Source: Octopus sinensis
Lineage: Eukaryota
Reading direction: 5' to 3'
Length of the DNA stretch: 64,000 nucleotides
Assembly (NCBI RefSeq): GCF_006345805.1
Contig: NC_042999.1
Coordinates: 47,492,001 to 47,556,000 of the forward strand
A program made the translations under genes and the position numbers. The notes below the pieces were generated by a model. That model searched no databases and had not been told where the DNA came from. It saw only the letters and a program-made list of their open reading frames with translations. Below are positions 14,210-27,111 of this stretch, piece after piece (positions within the stretch are counted from its first letter, which is position 1; every line of letters starts with the position of its first letter).

Positions 14210-14275
14210 TCTAAGGTGCTGTGTTCAGGTCGCAGTCGGGTCTTCCCGGCGTGGGTTCGGATCCCACTTCTGACA
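14210..14275 (+). pseudogene. 5'-truncated tRNA-Leu(CAG) pseudogene or fragment
   Basis: tctaaggtg ctgtg-ttCAGgt-cgcag t cggg-tctt-cccg gc gtggg-ttcggat-cccac ttctgaca. Anticodon arm (CAG at 14226-28), long variable arm and T-arm are present. The 5' acceptor strand and most of the D-arm are absent, and the T-loop has A58G. Confidence 0.85.
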
Positions 14276-14278
14276 ATG

Positions 14279-14366
<88 letters not shown>

Positions 14367-14374
14367 ATATATAT

Positions 14375-14468
14375 ATGTATAATACATGTATGCATATACA
14401 TTTGTATATATATAATTATATGTATAATATATATATTTATGCTTTTGTACATATATATATAATATATG

Positions 14469-14506
<38 letters not shown>

Positions 14507-14625
14507 AATATATATATATATATATGTATAATAAATGTATGCATATACATTTGTATATATATAATTGTATGTATAATATATATATTTATGCTTTTGTATA
14601 TATATATAATATGTATATATATATA
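14375..14625. repeat. Local tandem duplication (~150-bp period) within a TA-rich tract
   Basis: atgtataata[c/a]atgtatgcatatacatttgtatatatataatt..tatttatgcttttgta occurs at ~14375 and ~14524. Confidence 0.8.
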
Positions 14626-15063
14626 ATATGTATAATATGTATATATACATATATACACACATATATATTATATATATACGTTTGGGAAGTGTAAATATGT
14701 GGGAAGCAGGTAAAGAGTATATAAACAGAAAAAAACCCACACATACCCAAAAGATTCACAAAAATAATCGAAGACCTAACGTTAAGAAGTGTCTAACTAG
14801 ATTATATAATTTACCAAACCAACCCTACGGCTTTGTTTTTAGTTTTGTTCTTTCATTCAAAGAGTTTTATTCTGTTCGAGTTCATGTTTACTGGGATACA
14901 TTGACTGCACAGTCATCTTCAACACAAATAAACTTAGAACACACAAACAAATATCGCTATCCGTCTGTGTCCGGTGGTTTCTGTGTGTGGCTCTGTGCGT
15001 ATACGTATATATATATATACATATATATATATGCCAGACTCATTGAAAATGAGAAAGATATAT

Positions 15064-15109
<46 letters not shown>

Positions 15110-15279
15110 TATATAAATGTATATGTATGTATGTATACGTTCCATCACACACAGATTCGCACACACACTGACATTATTGAACATTGGCAGGCACGACAAA
15201 TGATATAGATAGGCATATTGAAAGATACATACATACTTACATACATACATAGATACATGCATACATACATACATACTTG

Positions 15280-15316
<37 letters not shown>

Positions 15317-15317
15317 T

Positions 15318-15359
<42 letters not shown>

Positions 15360-15406
15360 TATATTATAAATTTATATATATATATATACATACATATATA
15401 TATACA

Positions 15407-15459
<53 letters not shown>

Positions 15460-15950
15460 TATATACATATATATATTATATATATATATATATAGACATT
15501 TATATACGTACATATGTAAAAGGAGAATAAACGTAGAAAGCAAACACGAAGTATATAATAATAACCCAAGTCATATCGATCAATATGCCTAGCCTTCGAT
15601 ATCGTTCGAATTTTCTAGTTACCTCTCAATCTTCTTTTATTTCCTCTATTCTCTTTTACTCTCTCTCTTCGTCTGCTCCTCTCTCTTTCTTCCTCTCTGT
15701 ATCTTTCTCTCTTGGGAAACACTTTTCTTATTAGCATTATTCATTATTTCCTGGCAAATATTTCTCCTATACAATCGAGACACTCCGCCACTACCTATCC
15801 TATTGTTTTGTGCCCTTCTGACGTCTCATTGTATCATTTGAAGTGAAATTTCTTTTGTCTTTCCTCCTTTTCATCTCTCACCAACTTCTAAATACATTAG
15901 ATAGGCTCAGACGCACACTGTTCAGTCAGTTTAATTGTTTGTTTGAGTTA

Positions 15951-16013
<63 letters not shown>

Positions 16014-16071
16014 TATTATTATTATTATCATTATTATCATTCTTCGTCTTGTTTTCTTCATCTTCTTCATA

Positions 16072-16129
<58 letters not shown>

Positions 16130-16556
16130 CATCATTCTTCTTGTTTTCTTCATCTTCATCTTCTTCATCTTTTTGTTATTATTATTATTATTGCTATTAT
16201 TATTATTATTATTATTATTACTATTATTATCATTCGTCTTCTTATCATTATTATCATTATTATTATTATTTGTATATCAATGTTTGTATTTGTTGTTAGA
16301 GTTTCCTCTTGTTTTTGCGTTGTGCGATTCGTTATGAATTTCTTTCCTTTTTATATTCTCTCTCTTTCCTGCGTTTTCTTTAATATTCCTCAGTATTTGT
16401 TTCCTCTAAGACTCTCCCCAACGATGTGGTTACTGCACACTCACTTACACATATCTTCCCTCTCCCACACATAAATATATGTGCACATGCATGGATATAT
16501 ATACGTAAGCATGTTTCTATGTGCGTGTGTATATCTATGTGTTTGTATATATATAG

Positions 16557-16609
<53 letters not shown>

Positions 16610-16764
16610 TATGTATATGTGTACATATATATACATACATACATGTATATATATGTATATAATTAGCTCAATTACCGCACACACCAGTAAGACAAACTCG
16701 CTTGGGCTTGACACCTATGGCATGATGTATACGTATATACATATATGTACACGTTTTTGTACAC

Positions 16765-16823
<59 letters not shown>

Positions 16824-16825
<2 letters not shown>

Positions 16826-17686
16826 GGGCGCAATGGGTAAATTGTCGCCAATTTATACTTTTATTTTGTTCATGCGCATTGTTTGTTTTTGATTCTGTCG
16901 AATACACAGTATAGTAGGGTCAGCTGAGCACCGTCTGTGAGAAGAAAAGCACTACGACGCCAGAAAGAACATGCTATACTGATAGGCATTCGCGCCCGAA
17001 GCTCCAATACGAATATTAAAGTGTGTTTGTGTGTGAGCCAATCTGAGGAAAGTGCAGTCTAAGGACAGGTACCGAGAATGATAAAAATGAAACATGTTAT
17101 CAACAGCATCAAGGTGTTTTAAGAGTGCTCCCCAGTGATGGCGAAGTTACGTCTGTATTTATCTCCGCATACGGGCCCAGGATCAACACGGATGCCTTCG
17201 TTGTAGAGGTAGTGCTGCCCTAAGTAGGTAGCTACTGGAAGACGCTATATCTGGAACCAGGACTCTGATCAATGCCACACAATCAGGAGAACCCAGTCAT
17301 GGCTGTCACACGGTTTCTGTAACCATATGATCCCTAAAATACGGCTACCTAACTCCTTAGATTGCAGCCCACTTGATTATTATGTGTGAGGTGCCATGGA
17401 GAAAACATCAACAAAACTCCTTGTAACACCAAAGATTAACTGAAGAGAAGGATAGTGGCAGCATACACGAACTTAAACAAGTAGACCGTCCAGAAGAGTT
17501 GCAGGGGATTCTGAAGTCGTCTGAATGCCATGGTTGAAGCCAATCGCGATTTTATTGAATAGATTTACTGTTTAGTTTTTCAAGATATATTTATTAAATT
17601 TTGGTTAATATATCTGTTAAAATGAGATATCAGTGTTATTTTCATTTCTACGTAATTTAGACGACAATTTTTGCACCGCACTCTCT
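16824..17686 (+). mobile_element. Deleted Tc1/mariner-superfamily element, maT (DD37D)-like
   Basis: Degenerate TIRs cagggcgcaatgggtaaattgtcgcc and gacgacaatttttgcaccgcactctc. Translation ..PNSLDCSPLDYYV*GAME..NKTPCNTKD*LKRRIVAAYTNLNK*TVQKSCRGF*SRLNAMVEANRDFIE*. Confidence 0.8.
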
Positions 17687-17702
17687 TTATGCATATATGC
17701 AA

Positions 17703-17804
17703 GTATGTATGTATGTATGTATGTATGTATGTATGTATGTATGTATGTATGTATGCATGTATGTATGTATGTATGTATGTATGTATGTATGTATGTATGT
17801 ATGC

Positions 17805-17837
<33 letters not shown>

Positions 17838-17848
17838 TGTATGTATGC

Positions 17849-17881
<33 letters not shown>

Positions 17882-17885
17882 TATA
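17703..17885. repeat. (TATG)n microsatellite
   Basis: Direct reading. Confidence 0.95.
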
Positions 17886-19602
17886 TGTACATATAGTTCT
17901 GATCTTTATCCAACAAATACATCTTGGAATAGTGGTTCACTTATAAGCTTGAATGAACCATATTATTTGAAGCAAAATATTTTTTCTGGCTATAAAAAAA
18001 TAGAACTAAATGTGATTGGCCCAAGGCATATGAAATAGGTATCACAAAAGAAAAATCCGAAACCTCTTCAGCCTAAAGTTTTATTAAGCAGACTTTAAAT
18101 CGTTTCAAAAGAACACACAGGTAAAAAAAAATGTTTTGTCAATGTGCTTCAATTTAACATTATAGGAAACATAAAGGATTGGGATCAATAAAGAAAACCA
18201 TACAAATTTAAGTTTTACAAGAAGGACCAGCTAATATATACACGAGAATGTTATTCGTAGAGACTGAGTAATCCTTATGATGCAGAAAATAACGATCTCA
18301 AAACGCTAGACGAAACATCTTAATGTGTGCAAATATATCCCACAGAGAAAAGGGAATTCGAGTAATCAAAACTAAATTCTAACTTTCCTATGAAAAAGAG
18401 GATGTAGAGGATCTATATCGCAAAGTTACTAACTAATATCTAAAAATGTACGTTCATTTATAATAATTATATACTAATAACAATTAAATAAATGTACATA
18501 ACTAAATTATCATTAAGAAATAAAAAAATTATAAATTCGAATTCAACAATCAATAGTTATATAGAATACAATAATATTTCTTAAATTAAAAAGTTTACTT
18601 TGCGATATAGATCGTAAAAATGTTTTTTTATAATATTGATGATAATAGTGTTGATAATAGTAATAAAAATTATTTTATAAAATAGGTTATACATTTTTAA
18701 TTTGAATTTTCCAATTCTTAAATTGTATTTCATAAATATATTCAGTAGATATCTATAATATTTATGTAAGTAAAAATGGACTAATTTATTTTTGGTTATA
18801 TGTTTATACATTTATTGATAGAGAAAATTTTAGATTTTTAATTACTATATTTGTTGATTATAATTTAGATAATTATTTTTATGTATTTATTATTTTATAA
18901 TTATTATATGCGAACTAAAATCTAAAAATATTAATAGTGATTATTTTGTTAAATAATTTCGTAATTAAATATTGGAGTATAACAAAGTTAAAGATATTCG
19001 ATAGTTTATTAATGTTTTTAAGCCAAATTATATATTCACAGATAAATACGTATTTCTTTATTTTTTTTTTACCTTAAATATTAAATGTTTAACATAATAA
19101 ATGTTTTGTATTAAATAATCATAATGTTTTACGTTTCAAATTTAGTTAATGGAGTTTTTCTATATGAAAAATTATTATTTTATTTATTTTTAAAATAAAT
19201 ATTGTTTAACTCTATTTGCTTATTTATTTAACGATTATCGTTAACCTGAAGATTGACTATAATTTTAAATTGAATTTATTTCAATTGAATTTGAATCTAA
19301 TTGTAATTCGAATTGAATTGTAATCATGAAGTGTACGTAGTTTTTTTATGTATTATATATTAACCATACATTTTTATACATTTTGAGATCTACTTTTATG
19401 TTTTATAAAAAATATATTTTATTTTTATTTATGTTTTGGTTTATGTCTACCACTGTTTGAGTTGCATAATAGAGGTTCTATCTCTAATTTATATTTCATA
19501 TATTTATATTGTGAAATTTGATTTAATACTAAATAGAATTTTTCCCTGTAAATTTGGAGTTATATTCCCTAATACCATTATAATATATGTAGATGTATAT
19601 GG

Positions 19603-19665
<63 letters not shown>

Positions 19666-19851
19666 TATATATATGCATGTATATTCTCATGTGTAGCCTT
19701 TTTCTAGAGTGGGTGTATAACTCTGTAGCAACTGCTTCATGCTTTCGAAAACACGCCCCTCGAACAAGCAAAAAAAAGCTGAAACATATTTGCTTACTTA
19801 TAGATATTTGGCAATAATATAGAAGATGGTACTGGTTTGATCGTGTTGTGC

Positions 19852-20081
19852 GTGGCGAGCTGGCAGAAACGTTAGCACCCCGGGCGAAATGCGTAGCCGT
19901 ATTTCGTCTGTCGATACGTTCCGAGTTCATATTCCGCCGAGGTCGACTTTGCCTTTCATCCTTTCGGGGTCGATAAATTAAGTACCAGTTACGCACTGGG
20001 GTCGATGTAATCGACTTAATACCTATGTCTGTCCTTGTTTGTCCTCTCTGTGTTTAGCCCCTTGTGGGTAGTAAAGAAATG
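19852..20081 (+). mobile_element. tRNA-derived SINE (Meta-domain-like core) with an 18-bp TSD
   Basis: A-box-like tggcagaaacgttagc, B-box-like gagttcatattc, core gaggtcgactttgcctttcatcctttcggggtcgataaattaagtacca. Perfect TSD ggtttgatcgtgttgtgc at 19834-19851 and 20082-20099. Confidence 0.9.
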
Positions 20082-20167
20082 GGTTTGATCGTGTTGTGCT
20101 GCTAACAGCACTATTACTAGTAGATAATATTGTTACATGTGGTATTTCTTGCCGAATTTGTAGCAAA

Positions 20168-20223
<56 letters not shown>

Positions 20224-20289
20224 ATTATCATCATCATTCTTATTATCATTATCATTATCATTATTGTTATTATTATTATTGTTATTAAT

Positions 20290-20340
<51 letters not shown>

Positions 20341-20369
20341 TATTATTATTATAATTATCATCATCATTC

Positions 20370-20401
<32 letters not shown>

Positions 20402-20424
20402 GTTATTATTATTATTGTTATTAA

Positions 20425-20494
<70 letters not shown>

Positions 20495-21589
20495 TGTAGT
20501 AGTAGTAGTAGTAGTAGTAGTCGTAGTAGTAGTAGTACAAACTGTATATCGGCTTCACTAAGGACAAATACATATAACATACTACCTTTTATTTTTTTTT
20601 ATTTTAATTCTATCATGTAGATAATTTTTGTAATATTTCATAATGTGTGCAACATCATGGTGTCTTTGTTCGAAACAGGTCATTTTACTTGACAAGATAT
20701 CTCTTGTTTAAATCAGTATTAGCAAACCAATAACTTCAAGTCAACACAGGGGAAATAGAGAAACATTACTGATCAATGAAGAATTTCCATAACACATGAC
20801 AAGAACTTACGTATGCTACTGTCTTAAGTGGATAGTTGACATTCTGCGTTTATAGTTGGCTAAGGAAGATGCTTATTTAAGGATCGGATATTTATGCATG
20901 GTATACGTTTGTGTTTAGGCAATGATAAACGATTGTCATTTATATTGTAGTTCACGATTTATCCTTTTCACCATAGTCGGTATCATATTCTATGAGGATA
21001 TCAAGTGCAAATAGTATTAAACCAACTTAATGAATATGAACGATGATATGAATTTAGTATTATTCTTGTGCTATAATATCAACAAGTAGCCGTCTTGCTT
21101 ACCGAATATTTACAATCTCAGGAATAATTTTGGTTAGAGCTAATGTATTTGGTTCATTCAAATTATGGCTATATAACATTTAATACATACAACGAATGTA
21201 GTTCTCTCCGAAGATACGTTATTACTCTCATATAAATTGCATTTAATAATTTGCAATACCTGTCACTTGGCAGGTACATTAATTTATCGAATCCAAAAGG
21301 GGGAAAGTTGTAGTCGGCCTCAGCTACTTTACGGATCATAAATAATAAGAAATGTCACAAATTATATTGACCCACACACAAAAGCTTCTGCTGGTTCTCC
21401 ACCACACCACCAACAAAGCCACTACGATCAACACCGCAGCCATCACCACCACCACCACCACCATCACCACCAATAATTATAACAATAATAATAATATTAT
21501 TATTATTAATAATAATAATAATAATAATAATAACAACAACAATAAATATAATAGTAGTAATAATATTAATAATAATAATAATAATAATC

Positions 21590-21797
21590 ATATGTGCTGT
21601 TTATCTTGATATGAGATCACCATGTCACGCACATATGGTTGTGATGCATGTGCCTGGTGTACCCTTATCAGACGGGTAGTCATGATGGGTATATTGGGCT
21701 TCGTATATTTTACCCCAGTGTCACTTTGATGGCATGAACTGCTCTCTCACTCAATAATAATAATAATAATAATAATAATTAATAATAATAATAATGG

Positions 21798-21846
<49 letters not shown>

Positions 21847-22930
21847 GATCCGGAAGACTGTATTATTTGGTACATCTGGAATTCTAAGTAAGTTAATTTT
21901 TCTTTCAGTTACAGGAGAAGGAATTACTTGAAACCTTTGGTGATTTGTTATTGCATCCTTTCAAGTAAAGGAGAGCCGGTAATTAAGATCTACCCGAGAG
22001 TCTTTTATAGTAATATTAATAAGAATGATGATGATAAAAAAGGTGTGTTTATTAATTGACATGAGTATTCCTTGCGATCACAATATAGCGGCGGAAGTAT
22101 TTGACAAGATCAGTAAATATAAAGACTTGCTGATAGAAATTGAAAAACATGTGGCATATCAAGGTGACTACAGTACCAGTGATTGTAGGATCGCTAGGAA
22201 TGATAGAAAAAGGTACTGAAACCTATATGGAAATGATACCATGCTTACCATCCCTACAAGAAGGGTAATAAATCGTGTTAACTGGAACGACTCATGTACT
22301 GAGAAGAGCGTTATCGCTGTGAAAACAACATCCATACATGAATTTATTTATTTGTTTGTTTTTTAAATACATATGTTACCTGTGAATTTGCGCGTGTAAT
22401 CTGTGAATGCATACAATGAGCTCTGTCCTAGATGTACGGAAAAACTCGACGAGAAATGGAAGACAATTTGAAGAAAGAGAGAAAAAGCAATAATAAAATT
22501 ATGCCCTGATGCATTACAAGGAACTGGCTTCTGGTCTCAACTGATTGGAAGTGTTATCATGTACATAGTTTTGTCATGGTATAAAAAGAGGGCTACAGCA
22601 AATATTCTGCTTAATACCACAGACTTGCTTATCATTTGACGTTTACCAGTTGTGAATATCCCTTAGTGAATGACGATATGTCCATCTCTGAACGCCAGCA
22701 GAAGTAGTGGGAGAGCATCATAGCCATGTGTTAAAAAGAATCCTTTGCACTTTGAATAATTCATCTCTGGAACCATGGGTATTTCGCTCAACATCCTAAA
22801 ACAACCCTTATTCAAGGACCATTTGTGCGGGACGGGCTACTCGACCTGGAGGAAAGTCTAACTAGATAGGTATGATTCGTATATTTTCTCCCAGTGTCAC
22901 TTTGATGACATGCACTACTCTCTCACTCAA
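21590..22930 (+). mobile_element. Stack of nested R4/Dong-like 3' fragments in (TAA)n/(GAT)n tracts
   Basis: 21850: RKTVLFGTSGILSK. 22035-22320: KVCLLIDMSIPCDHNIAAEVFDKISKYKDLLIEIEK...VPVIVGSLGMI...VLTGTTHVLRRALSL*. The 3' end cagtgtcactttgatg.catg.act.ctctctcactcAATAAT occurs at both ~21716 and ~22892. Confidence 0.75.
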
Positions 22931-22940
22931 TAATAATAAC

Positions 22941-23017
<77 letters not shown>

Positions 23018-24096
23018 CACCAATAACTATAATAACAGTAGTAGCAGCAACATCATTATAAGAACAATACAAAACAAACGAACTCATTGAACGTCATCAT
23101 TGGTGATATTTTCATTAAATTCAGAGATCATAAATATACATTTGAAAATAAAAGTTACACATAGATGAAACGTTTCCTGAAATAATAATACAAATAAAAA
23201 ATAACGAGATTACTTGAGGTTCATTGAGATGTGGCAGAAAATGACAAATATTCGTAAAACATTTAATACAAATATAAAAATATCGATATTCATAATTACA
23301 AACTTTACAGTGGATATTTTTAAGTTGTAATTTACAGGAAAGGTATGAATTTAATATACGAAAGACAGTTCACGATGATGTTATCTTTGAAGAGAAATCG
23401 AAATCGAAGGAAAGAATAAATGAGTGTATTTTGTAGGTATGTACGTAGTAAGTACGTATAAATTTGCTTTTAAGAACGTGTATATGTACGTACATAGGTA
23501 GTCTGAATGAATGTGTGTGAAACACACACACATATATATACATATATACATACATACATACATATACAAACATGAATACACACATAGATACATATGCATC
23601 CAAAAATATCTACATATAAGTGTGGACTAGTGTGTATGCCACCGTTTCAGTATTTGTGTGTTTGTGCATTTATATATATACATGTGTTTGTGTACGTATA
23701 TGTATGTGTGTGAATAGGAATGCTGTAAAATTTAAGTTGCTTGATGCAAAAACTTTGTGTCTGTTTTATGTATTTGTTGGAATCTTTTAATAAACCAAGT
23801 ATAAGATATGCCGAATTTAAACAGACTAAAATTTATATATTGCACTTTCTCTCCAGAAAATCTTCGTTATCGAAAAATGTACGATATTTTAGAAAACTAT
23901 ACTCTGCAAGTAAAAATATAAAAGACCAAAATTCGACCATACTATGCCTCCCCAAAATCCTGGAAATTAGTTCTGTGAGTTTAGTTATGAATTTCTAAAA
24001 AAGTATTTCCACATTTCAGTGAAGGTTACTTATAACTGCCACTCGGGGTTTCCTCCCTTCAATCGTTAGGAAATGAGGATTCTGTCGAGCACGTGA

Positions 24097-24185
24097 TGTC
24101 GCGTGGCCTAGTGGTCGGGGTGTTCGACTGCTGGACTGGATGGCGATGTGGTGTTCTTGAGCAAAACACTTCATTTCACATTCGT
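24097..24185 (+). mobile_element. Degenerate CORE-type SINE head
   Basis: gcgtggcctagtggtcggggtg (A box) ... gtgttcttgagcaaaacacttcatttcac (CORE-like). Confidence 0.6.
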
Positions 24186-24423
24186 TTAATGATGTGCGGG
24201 GACCAGCATGTCAAAGAATAGATCTAACGCATATTATGCGTGCCGTAAAATGTGACTAAATTTTGATGAGATAGGATTTGCAGTCCGACCTCGTAAAACC
24301 CTCACCCATCGGCAGCGAGTACTCAAAACAAACCCACAGGTTGAGCAGTGGTCGCCTGAGTGATAAATGGTTGATGCAGCGACGCTCTTTTACAGCACAA
24401 AACCTCGTACTACTACTACTACT

Positions 24424-24490
<67 letters not shown>

Positions 24491-24564
24491 TTCTACTTCT
24501 ACTACTACTTCTACTACTACTACTACTACTACTACTGCTACTACTACCACTGCTACTGCTACTG

Positions 24565-24621
<57 letters not shown>

Positions 24622-24866
24622 TTATTCATTAGTTTTTATCCTCTGAAACAAACCCGTGCCAACGTCTATGTTTAGCTTATTTTAACTCTATTACTACAGA
24701 CACAAGCATATTTTTAATGCGTGTGTCTGCTTGTACATATATTCCAAATGTGTACCTGCTTATGTATACAGCCAGCAGTCTTTCGCAAGCGAGTGTAGCT
24801 TTCGCTTATGGTACCAGTTTTCTCTGTGGCAGAGTAATGACACAAGTTTACACTCAGCTAACTCAC

Positions 24867-24948
24867 CTTCGACGTAGCTAACCATCGAAGATATGGAATC
24901 TGGAGTTTTTGGGGGGTTGCATTAAAACACAGTATGTAAGTATGACAG
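24867..24948 (-). other. Candidate 82-nt exon of an unidentified minus-strand transcript
   Basis: Acceptor tttctcgtttctactcAG| and donor AAG|GTGAGT are both close to consensus, and the sequence is non-repetitive. One frame is open but I recognise no protein. Confidence 0.3.
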
Positions 24949-25571
24949 CTGAGTAGAAACGAGAAACGTGAAATGATATGCGCTACATAAAAGCAACACC
25001 CAGAATCGAATCGAAGCTTTTGTGATGCTAAGCTGAACACACTAACCAGCATCTAGGCATTATCATTCGAATCTGAAAGCAGTTGATATTCTATATGGAA
25101 GAATGAAAAACAAAGTTGTTAAGCTAACCAAAAACCGTCAGACGTGAAAGCCAGTCTATCGTTTTGTTGCAGCTATATGTCTTAAGGCGATATTTAGTAT
25201 AGCATAACCTTAGTGAAAGAAAATGCCGCCTGAGAAACGCCAATGAGATTAATAAATGCACCAGTCGAGATAGACACACATCAAAGTACTTGAAGAACAA
25301 GTCATACGCTGGCCGTCAAAAGTTATATTCATTCAGCATCTTCTCAACTCAGGCATTATATAACTATTCTCCAAATTTTACTGCGCCTTTATTATTTTTG
25401 CCATCCATAAATTACTTGCTTTTTCTATATCAATAGAAACCGCTGTGGTTTGCTTAAATATGCACAAAATATGAAGAAATACATATCAATTTCCATATTC
25501 AACGATGCATGACTACCAGTCAAACGAACGTTAACTTAGGTAGTAGCAATAACACTAGCTATCGTAGTAAC

Positions 25572-25633
<62 letters not shown>

Positions 25634-26186
25634 CAGCAGCAGTAGTAGTAGTAGTAGTAGTAGTAGAGGAGGAGGAGGAGGAGGAGGAGGAGAAGGAGGA
25701 GCTGGAGAACAGTCAAGTACCAAGAGAATAGCTAGAGGAAAACAGAATGGAATGTATGTAATAAACATTTGCTGTATAAAAGTTTCAATAATGTAGGAAA
25801 AAAATTTAAACTGACCCAAAGAAAATAAGCAGATACGTAGATATAGAGGAACATACTTGAAATATCCGGAGTAACCAAAATTTTACGCATCTTAAGAAAT
25901 CGTTTAATGACAAAGGTATTATGTACAAACCATGTTATATATCTTAAGGTATAAGTATCTGTACCAGTGTATAAATAAGTTTGACTACTGATGCTATCTA
26001 CGTGGATATTACTGCATACTTATATGTTTTAGGAGTGTAATAAACTATACATGATATACTTCAGCCGTATGCCACCTCAATAAACCTTCTGTAAGCCCGT
26101 TAAATAGAAGCAAATAATTTATTATAAGAAATTTAGAAAACAATTCAAAAATGGACTACATACCTTTTGGAAGCAATTTTCCAAGT

Positions 26187-26246
<60 letters not shown>

Positions 26247-26251
<5 letters not shown>

Positions 26252-27018
26252 TTCATCCCACAAATAATGCAGTTTTTTTCAATCGCATGAACTAAAAGTC
26301 GATGGCGGACAGAATAAGCTACCTGCATCAACTTGCTATAAAAGGAGGTAGTAATTTTACCTTGCCCTTATTCTTAGTGCAAGTTTTGAAGAGTGCAGTT
26401 CGATTTTAACAGATATTACAAATGGGCGTATGCGGCATATTTTGCATTATGAGTTCAATAAAGGCAGAGAAAGTGCGTTGAATACTAATCCAGTATATGA
26501 GGATCGGACAATAAGCGTAAGCCAGTGTCAACATTGATTCCAGAAATTCCGAGCCGGAAACTACAGCCTAGAAGAAGAGCCTCGTACTGAAAATATGTAC
26601 AGGTCGAGGAAGACGTCCTGCAAACTTTGGTGAAACAAAATTTCATCGTAACTGTTGAGGAAGTAGCAGAGAAGCTTGGATTTTGTAATTCAACTAGTCA
26701 TTCAAATCAGAGCTAGAAGAGACACGACCATCTTCCCAAGACAAAAGGTGTTCTTCCATCAGGATAATGCTCGGCTGTATACAGCATGAATTATATTCCA
26801 AAGGCTTGAGCTGTTTGGATGAGAAACGATGCCTCATCCACATATTCGCCGGACTTCGCCCCATCTGATTATCATTTATTCCGTAGTCTTCAAATTAATT
26901 TTGATGGAAAAATATGAATTTTGTAGAGAAGCTCAGAAGAATAGTGGAGTATTTTTCGTCACGGACAAGTGAATTTTGTAAGAAGTACAAAAAGCGCATT
27001 CTTTATGGGATGGCTCAA
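26247..27018 (+). mobile_element. Internally deleted mariner relic
   Basis: MRHILHYEFNKG...FQKFRAGNYSLEEEPR...VFFHQDNARLYTA...MPHPHYSPDFAPSDYHLFRSLQ. Degenerate TIRs ggttcatcccacaaataatgc and gcattctttatgggatggctc, inside a TA tract. Confidence 0.88.
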
Positions 27019-27045
27019 TACATATATAAATAAATAAATAAATAT

Positions 27046-27111
<66 letters not shown>

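Noticed and set aside
18440-19590. Possible mitochondrial insertion (NUMT)
   Set aside because: I could not recognise any mitochondrial protein, rRNA or tRNA motif. Kept only as an unexplained AT-rich island.
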